A stretch of DNA of 62,637 bases, the filler included, from Trichosphaerium sp. ATCC 40318 (Eukaryota; Protista; Tubulinea), in assembly GCA_038496445.1 (NCBI GenBank). It is 3 parts of 3 records of this genome, joined end to end, with 100 filler letters (N's around TTAATTAATTAA, not from the genome) between each part and the next. Parts side by side here need not be neighbours in the genome. Positions count along the whole stretch, not along the records: positions 48,682 to 62,637 come from JALMLS010000312.1; 2 more parts are not named here. One strand, given 5' to 3'. Under the pieces are notes generated by a model. The model saw only the letters and a list, made by a program, of their open reading frames with translations. It was not told the origin of the DNA and made no database searches. Position numbers and translations under genes: made by a program. Within the stretch, counting starts at the first letter, position 1, and every line of letters starts with the position of its first letter. Of this stretch, positions 51,601 through 62,637 are shown one piece after another.

Positions 51601-52240
51601 GTAGAGTTTATGAACCAGGTATCGCTTTGAGAGACTAGAAAAACATCAGGCTTTTGAGGATTATGTACACAAAATAACTTGAGCAGAAACGCAATTTGTG
51701 ATGCGTGATAAGCATCGATGTTGTTATAAAGCATGTAATACGAACCACTGAATACCCAGTCAAGGCGTGAAGCACTACAAAGGACTAGTTTCGTAAGTGT
51801 AGAACTGGAATGCTCTATTTTAGAGTCTGCACTTGGAATTAAGCTAATGGGCCTAAAAAAGGTTTACAACATGCGTGAAAATGCGTTTTAGCTTACTTCA
51901 GAATTGCCAAACGTTCAATTCGCGGGCATTCTCTCAAGATCATTTGAAAGGGCGGTGTTATTACTGTAGGCGCTGAAAAAAGGTCTAAAGAGTGAATGTA
52001 CTGGCCAAACGTTCCTATTGAACGTTGATTCCGCGGAAATACCTTAAATCGTTACGCACCGGCTATACTACGCCATAATTTGAACGGTACGGGTGAATAA
52101 TGAAACGAAACCGCATGCCAAGTAAATGGACTTGCAACCGCCTTTGAAGCGAGTTTAAACGCAGTTGATAACGACCATCGCTCGTGAAGTGTCAGTAGTG
52201 AAGCAATATGTGTCAACAGCTCTATTGGAAGAGATTCCAT
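48697..52240 (-). CDS. F-box - LRR-like - ankyrin-repeat protein (possibly two genes)
   Basis: MESLPIELLTHIASLL; LPNLERLDL, FPNLHTFY; DANGHTPLHIL, DNRGLTAFDHA ankyrin motifs. Confidence 0.65.
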
Positions 52241-52949
52241 TCAAAATGGATCCAAACTGAGTTATTGTAAAAAGGATTCAGTGGCGTTGCTTTTTCTCGG
52301 TTTAGCTTCAGCGAAATGTGAGTGTTGCGAAGTCTTCTCTTTTCACAAGGTGCCACTCATTTTAGAGTGTCACAAGACCAGTGTATTGTTAACCTATCAG
52401 AAGGACATCGCAAGCAAACTTCAGATTGACTTCAATTTATTAGGATATTTTCACGTGACTTTCGTACGATTTATTTCTTTTTTTTTTTTCAAACAAGAGG
52501 TTGTTAGATTTATTTCAGCACGTAGGAACGTAGATTTGGAACAGTACATGTGAACAGCCGCGTGCTGATATCTTATCGTCTTCCATGCCCTCTACGCCTT
52601 GCTCTGACCCTGAAACGTGTTTTGCCACCTGCTCTTCCTCCATGATGCCCCTCACTACTAGGTCTTGTTCTTTTTCTTGTTGACAATCTAATACCCATTT
52701 ATGATGCTATGAATCGAAGTACGGTCACCCTGAAGTTGTAGGAGTAGTATCCAAATTCAATGTTGAATTGCGTTAGTTCACAAAAGATATTTTTTTGTTT
52801 GACTATGAGTTTGCGTGAAGAGTACGTCAACTTAATGTAAACAAACAAAATAAGCGCACGTTACATAATTGGAATCCACACAAACGCAACAGAAAGCGAA
52901 TTAATGTTTAGCACAGAGTAACCAAAACCGCTATTTGACCTAGTCCTAC

Positions 52950-53130
52950 ACCCTTGACTTACCTATGAGGTTCTAGCAATTATGCTACAGCACAAAATCT
53001 GGTTTGGCAGCTCCCATAGCATGTCGTCTATTTTCTTCTATTGTTGATGAAATTATTGGCCATTACAATAAAAAGCAACACTCACTGAAAAAACACATGT
53101 CGGCTTTCTTCACCAACATAAAAACAGCGC
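52950..53130 (+). pseudogene. Degenerate N-terminal fragment of the F-box-LRR family
   Basis: EVLAIML...ACRLFSSIVDEIIGHY aligns by eye with TCHLLASIIHDIIGYH. Confidence 0.5.
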
Positions 53131-53265
53131 TTTTATATAGGACTGCATTGATACACCACCGTTTGAACACTGAATTCAACCCACCTTTAACGTAAACACG
53201 ACTAAGTTTCAATTTCGATTCTAACACTGTCAGTTGCGAAGAAATTTCAGTGAAAAACTTGCTTT

Positions 53266-53349
53266 TAGAGATGGCAGAAATACCAGTCCGGACCGGTTAA
53301 GGACCGAAAACCGATATCTTGAAACCGGACCGGTATCAGACCACCTCTA
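53266..53349. mobile_element. 84-bp hAT-like MITE
   Basis: Imperfect TIRs TAGAGATGG...CCACCTCTA, inner ATACCAGTCCGG/CCGGACCGGTAT, 8-bp TSD CTTGCTTT/ATTGCTTT, ACCG repeats. Confidence 0.75.
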
Positions 53350-53519
53350 ATTGCTTTGTGATGGCATTAATATGAAGAGCAATGTTGCTCTCTGTTGAAA
53401 ACAAGCCTCAAAAATAGGGAAACATTGCTACGTAGCACAGAGTGAGCATTTCGTGAACAAACAAACAAAAGCAAGTAAGTGAAATGTATTTATTAATAAA
53501 GACGTTTTGATTTGCTCAG

Positions 53520-53990
53520 ATGCGTGGTAAGGAGTCGAAAGAATGTTCACCTAATTTAAAGATTACTTTGTTAAACACTTATAGCTTTGGTAGTTACCTT
53601 TTAAATTGGTGATATCTACCCTAACAATGGCTCCTTTGCTTGTTACACAGAATAGAATAGGAGCACCTGAGTGATAGTTAAACATAAATCAAAGAAACAT
53701 TCCAATACAATCAGTTAACTGGACGTACTTTGAATAGAGCAATCTTTAATAGGATCTTCGTGGTTTAACCCACCATAACGTAAAGTAAATATCAATTTTG
53801 GTTCAAGATGTCCGCAGGCAGCAACTGAAACTGTAACAAAAAGTAAGATTAATAAGCTTGTCATTCAAAACATCTTTGTCCACAGCAACTTTTTGATGAA
53901 CGTACCTAGAGCGAGGAAGCAAATGAGATATAGATTGAGGTACATCGTTGATTAATAATGAGAAGTGTGGCTGATGTTGTTGTAATTGTT
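53520..53990 (-). CDS. Possible small multi-exon hypothetical gene or fragment
   Basis: Short exon-like blocks bounded by GT-AG; no family recognised. Confidence 0.25.
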
Positions 53991-54267
53991 GTTTAATGTT
54001 TAAAGATGCAACTTAAAATATGTTTTCTGCGCTTAACAAAAAATCAATCAAATCTTATAACTTTCGTCAACAATCCGATTGACTGATGGCCACTCCTTGA
54101 ATACTGGATAATGAAAACCCTATCTATGAACTATCAATCACATCATCAATCACAAGAACCTTTCAATCATTTTCGACTCGTTTTCAATCTCAGTTTTCAT
54201 TTTTAATCAATCACTATCAACAACAAATATGGGAATTGTGGTTAAAAGAGTGTTGAAGTATCTTTTC

Positions 54268-54545
54268 ATGTGTTTCTCGGCCTATTGGCTTTGATCATGT
54301 GTAATAAAAGTTCAGCTCCAGGCAAGTGACCATGTGTTACTTTGTCTTAAACCCATTATTTGGAAAACAAATGGTGATTGATCTTGCTTGCAATGTATGT
54401 TTGAAAACTTAGAAACAAACGTACAAGTGTCAATAAGAATGTACATTTAGCGTACTCTCAAGTGTGCTTACAACACTGCACAGGTCATAGTCACTTGCAT
54501 CCTCTTTCACTCACCTCCCACTGATCTAGCCTGCAGCTCTGACAA
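54268..54545 (+). ncRNA. U2: U2 spliceosomal snRNA, divergent (3' end uncertain)
   Basis: TTCTCGGCCTATTGGCTTTGATCATGTGTAATAAAAGTTC aligns without gaps to canonical TTCTCGGCCTTTTGGCTAAGATCAAGTGTAGTATCTGTTC; Sm-like ATTATTTGG at 54355. Confidence 0.85.
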
Positions 54546-54944
54546 AGGATTGGCTTTTCACCTAAGCACTAGGTTCAATTCCTGATACTACTTCGTGTTG
54601 TCTGGTTACAATACAATCACTTCTACCACGGTGGAAGCATGTGCTCCCGTAAACTATTCCTCAGCAAGTTCAAATACGAGTGCTTACAATCATTACTTCA
54701 TTCAAACATCATACAAAATCAACTACAATCTTGGTCAGTCTTTTCCTCACAATTACGGTCCGCATCCACTCATTACAAAATAGTTAACCTGAAATTCACT
54801 CTAAGTTTTTCTCGCATTGAGAGCGGTAGGTGCCACTCCTATGTAAGCCCTTCACTCTTCCAGGCAATAATATAAAACGTCGCAGCTTAGGAAAAGAAAT
54901 GTACCCATAAAATGAATTGTTAAGTATTTTAAGAACGTTTTTTT

Positions 54945-56633
54945 TTATTCATACGGCTTCAAACACCCAGTACTGATTAATCCTGAAATTGCATCACATG
55001 CTAGTCCTTGGCTTACTTTAGAAAACCTGTCAAACCCGGAGTTTCTATGTTAACTAAAGTTAACAAAGTGAAATGTAAGTATACACCTAACATACGAATT
55101 GCTTGATGATGGGCCCATAATCCCATCATTGTCATCAGGCACTCCAATCATTCTACCAATAGACCATCCTATATCACGACGTGTAATTAACGGTGTGCGA
55201 TCAGGAATTGTGAAGGAAGGTAAGGCTGGCTAAGAGTGGAACTCACTTAGTAGGCGACAACTTCAAAAAAAAAGTAAAGGGCGTACGTTTCCACATAGTA
55301 TTCTGGAGTTTGGCAAAGAAGAAAACGTTCCACAATTATGAAATAATATAGCCATTGCTGTAGTTCCACAGCATTGAGTTATTTGAGTTTCCCATCCAGG
55401 AACAAAAGTAGTACTAGGATTCTCACAATCGCTTGAGCGTTCAACATTCCAAGGCACTCTTCCTTGAAAGAAAAACTAAGGTTCTACATGTTGAATAATA
55501 CCTTGAGTTCAAAGGAAATCAATATACCTTGAGTTGTGTATACGATAGCGTTCTGTATTGAGATGTGCAACTTCTACAAAAGGGGTCAAAGGTGGTAAAA
55601 AGGTGAAGATTTTCAGTCTCGTCTTTCATACCAAATCAATCTCAAACCAAACATTGAGACTCATGATAGCTAATATGTAGTTAAGCTAGTTAGATGAAAG
55701 GTCTAATGTACCTTCAGCAATGAAATTTACAGTGTTTTCAATACTACTATGAACATTAAAGTACGCAACAGTTACAGCAATACTCTATAACGCAGCGTTA
55801 ACAAATACTTACAAAGGTTGTTAAAACGCACAACTGTAACTTCGTGGATTTCAGCAGGACAAGAAGAAGGAGGAGGAGAAAGCGGAGCTTTATCTCCAAC
55901 AGCTGCACCTCTTTTTACTGTTTTTATAGCTTGCTCAGGTTCTCTAAATATATAAAGTAAGTGATAGCTCAAGTACAATGCTACATATACCTGAACACCA
56001 AGTGAGTGCCATTCCCTATCAACGACTTGTGACGAGGAAGCATGAATGCCACGTGTCTTGTTTGTTCCGTAAGCAAACTTGCTACAATGGAGGGTCGTGC
56101 CTGTTAAGAGCATCGAAGAATTGCCAATGACCTTGTTCTGAGTACCAAAAACCAGAAAAGGTACCATCAGAGTATTTGGTAATTCGAAAATGTCGATGGC
56201 TTTCTCCTATAGCTTTGAACGTGTTTGAAGGCGCATCAATAAATGTCTCGTTATCGCCATTTTGAATTTGTATCTACAACAATTTTAGGAGTCACGTGAT
56301 AATTAAATTTAAGGCGTACTTTTGTATTTGTCGCGTATGCTGAGTGTTTAACACAAATGAAGGTCATAGTGGTGTTTAACTCGAACTTCAGTACCACTCT
56401 ATGGTGGTATTCATCCACGCGTAGTAGTGATACTAAAACGAGATGAATACTAGTTAATCTGGTACTGCAGGTACCTATTTTAATTACTTCAAATTCTTCT
56501 GTGTTTTTCCAAAATTCGTGATTATATCCCCTCACAAACATGATAAACAATAGACAAGTACCTTTGGTGTTTTTAATACACGTTTTTGGAATTATAGTAA
56601 TTACGTACAACAAACAGTTTTCGCATTCCACAT
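54945..56633 (-). CDS. Secreted M12B-like protein lacking the zinc-binding motif (pseudoprotease)
   Basis: Collinear similarity to 31986-34342 (W.N..EFEV, PPP..CP, L.HNC, GIM, RFS..SQ...C); HEIGH is replaced by WSIGR. Confidence 0.7.
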
Positions 56634-57199
56634 GTTAATGGAAGCGATTATTAGATATTATTTTGAAAAGGGTCACCAGGGAAAGATCGGTTTTTTGATA
56701 CTGGAACTTTTTTTAGAGCTTCGGGCGTTTAAGCGAGTGTGAATTGATTCTTAACGAGTACATAGACGCTGCTAATTTGTCACTACGTACTAAATGTAGG
56801 GTTCAACTTGCAGACTGCAGACGACAGACGTTGCACTACAGCGTACTTAACTTATATATAAGTAACCGACCTTAGGTCACAAAATGTAAATCAAGAAATG
56901 ACGCCGAAGCAAAATGTGCTTACGCTTCAGCACAAGCTGGTTTTCTTTTTTGAATGACCTTCTTCAATATGTGATTGACAATGTAGCTGTGGAAAAAAAC
57001 AAAATTTATTTCCGGGCTGTTGTTTTGAGTTGATACTTGTTCATTTTTTTAATTTTCATATTCTAAATTAACTTTGTTTTTTTGTTGAACAAGACCAAGT
57101 TATCGTCATTATTATATTATTATTTTAGTATCTAATGTATCATCGAGTGCGCACTCATGTTTATACATATTATTTACACTAATGCCCGTTAATAAATAT

Positions 57200-59250
57200 A
57201 CAAGTGGAAGAGTTAAAGAACAGAACAACATTGAACTTGAAAAAATTGTGGGACTTCAAAAAGCAATGACTTGTTTCATTTCACTGAAATTCTAAAAAGA
57301 TCAGCAAAAAAAATGACCCTTTAAACATACAATACGCTTGTACAACTCCCTAAGAGTAGGCTTACAACTATTCAACATTGCGGTGTAATAGAGATTCGCG
57401 ATTTTTTCTTGTTTTTCACAAGCATCTATGTCTAAAATTCTTGTACAATTTATAAAAATACATTGTTGGCTGTACAGGTTTTCTTCGTCTAAGTCCAGTA
57501 AGAAGTGCTATTGGCACCAGATAACAGTTCCATCATAGCACCATCACCGATTTCTACGTCATAAGGGAGTGCATCTACAAAAAAAGTTAATAATCTAACA
57601 AAACCAAAACAGCTTGTTGACTTACTGACGATTTCTTCTGTAATATCCCACGTGGGTGAAGGACTTGGATTGGTTTGATACTCCAGAAGTTTAACAATCT
57701 CTTTAAAACGTCCAAGTAAAAAATTGCTATCTTCTGTTTCATCAGGGAAGTATGTTTCCATCTCTTTGACCCTGCCAAGAAAAAAGGTTAGAACATTCAA
57801 AAAACAGCAAAAAAATCTTTACAGTACCGTTGCTTAGCATTATCAAGAGGTGATAAACCTTGATAAGATATAACAGATAATTGGGCTTTCTCTCGTATAA
57901 GAATCTAGAATAAAATCAATGACTTTGATGAACTAGTTTCTTTGCAGTTTTTTTTTTCGCTTTTTTTTACCTCAACTATTTCTTTTCGTCCTTCGATAGC
58001 CGCTAGATGAATACATGTATATCCATATGCATCTTTTTTTGAAAGCATTTTATATCTTTCTTCAATACTACACAATAAAAGAAGCATCTCAAATACCTCC
58101 ACACTAACCGTTTGTTAGAAAGTTCAACATAATTTTTTGATAAGAAAAATATTGTTTTACCTTCCATATACTACAGCCATACTTATTGGTATTCGAGTAT
58201 TGTGATTAACAGCCTTTAATTGTGTCTTTATATTAGGTATACTATCAAGAAGTAACTGCATTATAAGCGGCTAAGTAACACATTAAAAGCCATTGTTAAT
58301 AGTTCAATAAATACCTCATTGCTTTGTGCTGCTGTGTGCATTAGTGTATTGGCATCATAGTCAATACAAGAGCATACTTCAATACGATCATCTTCGTCCA
58401 AGCTCTGAATAATAAAATCAACAATATCGTACGAGCCATGAAACTACAAGTGATGTTAACAGCGACAGCAAAAAAAAATAACCAAAAAAAGTTAAACTAT
58501 GCACGTTTTGCAGTTTGTTAAATGCAACGCATCAGTGTTAATGCGCATGGACAAAAATTGTTTAATAATTAAGGCATAAAATCATAATATTACCACAGCT
58601 TCCTGAAGTGGTGTATAACAATTATTGTTCTTTTGTAATAACCACTTCATCCTTGTGTCATCTGAAAGCTCAGTAAACATTCTCTTGAATATCTTTGTAT
58701 TATTTGATGCAGCAGCTAGATGAAGAGGTAAATCGCCATGAATATCAGCTGTTGTATAAGTAGTCATCTCGCACTAAAAAACACTCAACAAGGTCACAAA
58801 GGCGGAGTTCATAAACAGAATAAAATAAGAAATAACTTCTTACCAGTTTACTTATCTCGTCTGTTATTTCTCCAAAGTATACTGAAGCAACACGATGAAG
58901 AGCTGTGTGTTTAATATGTACATCAACATTACCCAAAATATCTTCAATAGCATTAACAGGAGGTGCATCTTCATCGTCAACCTTCGAAACACCAAAACGT
59001 GAAAAAATCTCCTTCAACGATCACGTTAGTTTGCCAAGGGAAATTGTAAAGTGTAAGTAATCCGTACCTGTATCCTCTCATAACGCTTTCGTTTAGATCC
59101 AGGTTCATGAGCCTTGTATCTCTCAAGACATAAATTCAAAACATCCAAAGGAGTTTTGCGTTCATTACAGCGGAGTTTGTATTAATGACATCTGTTGTCA
59201 AATTTTTAAGGGACACAGATGTCTACTAAAAGTACGTTATTTGCTAGAAC
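57200..59250 (-). CDS. Ankyrin-repeat protein, multi-exon (ends uncertain)
   Basis: HTALHRVA, DIHGDLPLHLAA, NCYTPLQEA, DAYGYTCIHLAAIEG. Confidence 0.7.
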
Positions 59251-59445
59251 GTGTATTTTCTAACAAATATTGCTGTTCAAACAACGCACTTTAAGTTGGC
59301 GTTACGTTACTTCTATCAAAAATCTTTTAAGTTTTTATCATGTACACATATACTTTTGTTATATCACGGAGTTTGGCAATTGTAAAACTCGATAGAGCAT
59401 TCCCTTGATGAAGACAAAAAAATTGTACTTACTTTTTTAATTCAG

Positions 59446-60294
<849 letters not shown>

Positions 60295-60681
60295 AATACA
60301 CTTTTTTGTAAAAAAAAAAATAAATAAAAAGGAAAAACGCAAAGTTTTTACATTTAACTATCCGCAAAGGAGAAAATAGATCAAAAAATATCCAGATAAT
60401 AAAATAATCTAAATTAGCGCTATCAGATAGCTTGTAAAAATTTGTATTTGTTACAACTAAAGAAATGGAGCAGAGCTTGCACAAAAAGTTTCCTGTTTTG
60501 GTTTTGTACTATTGCATCCAAACACTGAAAGCTAGTTCAACTCACCCCTCCTGCATCAGCATTTGCGTGCACTAAACTGCACTAGGTGTATTGTCTATCC
60601 AACGTTGTTGTTCAACCAAACATCTTAACCTTTGATTCTTTGACACGTCTTAATTTATACCGTAATGGGTTTTCTGTTTGG

Positions 60682-61497
60682 TCTACTTTTTTTGGGCTTC
60701 TAAGTTACGTATAACAACATCCACATTTGATTCAAATAGTAAACCACCTTGAATCATCTCATCAATAACAAAATGTACCTTTAAAATCGTTAGAGCTCAT
60801 TGGTGAAAGAAATTTTGGAAAAAAAAAAAAATATTGAAAAAAAAAAAATGAGTTTTTGATGACACGTGGTTTGGAAAGTTACCTTCTCTACGTTGAGTTC
60901 TATATCCAGCTCGCATACATCTTTGAATTGTTTATCAAGGCATTGCATCTAATAAAAAATATTAGGTCATCTCTAGGAGAAGGAAAATGAAGAAAATTTC
61001 TGATGTTAGTACCAAAGTGTCAATAATTTCTAGAATCCCAATTCTGGCTCGCTATCATCAACAACGAATACAATAAACAGTCTAGCGTACTAAAAAGTAT
61101 TGTTAGATGTATGACATCCCTGACAGCTATCGTTATGGATGTAGAGCCGGTTTTAACTTTAAACGTTGGTAACCTTTTTATATATGAGTTTCGTCCCTTT
61201 TCCCCTTCTCTTGCGCGTGAGAAAGTAATAAAAACCAATATAAAAGGGATTTGTACTTACATTTTGTCAATTCGCCATCTATGAAACTAGATAGTATTTT
61301 ACGCTTACTCAGTAGAGATATAACATCGTGGAGGTATTCTTTTTTTTTCTCGTCGTCCTTTGGTTGTAGTTGATTAATTCACGTTTGTTGTAACACAAAA
61401 CAGCGTAAGAGCTCATAATTTGGCGTACAAGAAGAGAATAGAACTTTGTTAAACGCACTTGGCGCTCTTCGTTAAAGAATAGAATAGCATGTATCAT
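60682..61497 (-). CDS. Adaptor (AP) complex sigma subunit, AP-3-like
   Basis: MIHAILFFN...RLTKFY, LIYKKYARLF, LDKQFKDVCELDI, VHFVIDEMIQGG; two apparent single-G deletions. Confidence 0.85.
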
Positions 61498-61854
61498 GTG
61501 AACCTATTTAGCCAATTGGAAGTAATAATGACGCTTTTAACGGTTGGCACAACGGAAATAAAAACTCACAATTTTTTTCTTGAATGTGTTGGACTGTAAG
61601 ATCCTAGGGTGCAGCTCCATGTAGGCGTAAATTTGTCTTTACGTTGTAAACTGACGCAAGACCATTTGCTTCGCTAGATGGTTAACTAACTGGGAAAGAT
61701 TCTTTGCTAAAAATACCTTCATCCTAGTCAAGTTCCTTCTCACTTTCAAACGTTTTGCTCGAGAGACCACGTGCATTCGAAAGGTACTTCATCTTACAAC
61801 ATACCACAAATACCTTTTGCGCTTTCCACCCCAAGACGTTGTAATATCGACATC

Positions 61855-62510
61855 ATGAGTTTATTACAGCTACTTACAGAGATAGTAGCGCATATCTTAC
61901 GCCTGACACAAATCGCGATTTTCCGCTTGTCAAACTTGCCGTTTCCTTGCTTTTAATGTTCACGACGTAATTGGATACGACGCTATTTATATTACAAAAG
62001 TAGCTCTTGTACAAGTCGTAAAACACGCTGGTATTCTAAAAAAACACATATATCAATGTTAACGGTGCATGTTGTTCAGATGACAACTGCATCAAACAAT
62101 TTGCAGGTGTTTCAAACGATTGATGTTGGGTATTCATTAAATATCAAAAGGTCATAAAGCACTTGCTGTGTGTTCATACTGCATAACAATAGTGAAACTT
62201 CAAGCATGATGAGGTGTTAAAGCACTAAAGTTTGTTCATGAGATACAGCTGTATCAGTGTAAGAATGCATACAGATGAAGGTCTTAATGCACCTGCTGGT
62301 ATTCATAAGATAGACTGTATAACTGTAATAATATAACAGATTAAGGTGTTATCACACTTGCTGGTGTTCATACTATAACCCTCAGCGGCACTGCAGTAAC
62401 ATTTAAAGGTATCAAAAGCGCTTGTGGGCGTTCATACTATTTTACCTCAATCGCAAATTAATAACTGCTGAAGTTGTTAAAGCACTAAAGGGTGCTCACT
62501 TTTGTGCAAT
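61855..62510 (+). pseudogene. Heavily disrupted F-box-LRR paralog
   Basis: MSLLQLLTEIVAHILRLT; nucleotide remnants of aaagcacttgctggtgttcatact units with many indels. Confidence 0.75.
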
Positions 62511-62637
62511 TGAATTTAGACACAACATTTGAATCACTCAACTCTATAATGAGAAGCACATCGGTGCATCTAGAAGGGCACACCAAATCAATTTAGCAAT
62601 TAAATAACGGGTTATTTTTTTGTAAATTACTTTCTAA

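Noticed and set aside
61030-61210. Two single-base frameshifts in the AP sigma gene suggesting editing or programmed frameshifting
   Set aside because: Both are one missing G in G-runs, typical of long-read homopolymer error; neighbouring genes are also indel-rich

Overview
Eukaryotic, AT-rich and intron-dense genomic DNA from a protist; the gene content is amoebozoan-like, but the taxon cannot be fixed from this window. Introns are mostly GT-AG and about 30-60 nt. The window is three contigs (1-22168, 22269-48581, 48682-62637) joined by artificial 100-nt N spacers containing TTAATTAATTAA. Contig 1 has a cupin, an ADP-ribose diphosphatase, an F-box-like MORN protein, a Zn2Cys6 factor and a large CH/REC-like/RCC1/PH phospholipase D. 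These are followed by a very divergent rDNA unit (structured 5' spacer, 2.65-kb 18S with AT-rich expansions, 5.8S, partial 28S). Contigs 2 and 3 carry housekeeping genes (adrenodoxin reductase, carboxylesterase, M12B protease, Ras, BTB-SPRY, Vps55, cofilin, AP sigma). They also hold an expanded set of F-box + repeat genes (LRR, MORN, ankyrin), a tiny hAT-type MITE, a U2 snRNA gene with a variant branch-point recognition sequence, and several unannotated structured intergenic RNA candidates. The best leads are: (i) an F-box-LRR family with a near-invariant repeat framework and hypervariable concave-face codons; (ii) the variant, possibly expanded U2; (iii) covarying hairpin-motif arrays upstream of 18S; (iv) orphan structured RNAs. 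Some frameshifts, especially after ~59000, look like homopolymer assembly errors. All exon structures, folds and counts were done by eye, so multi-exon boundaries are approximate.
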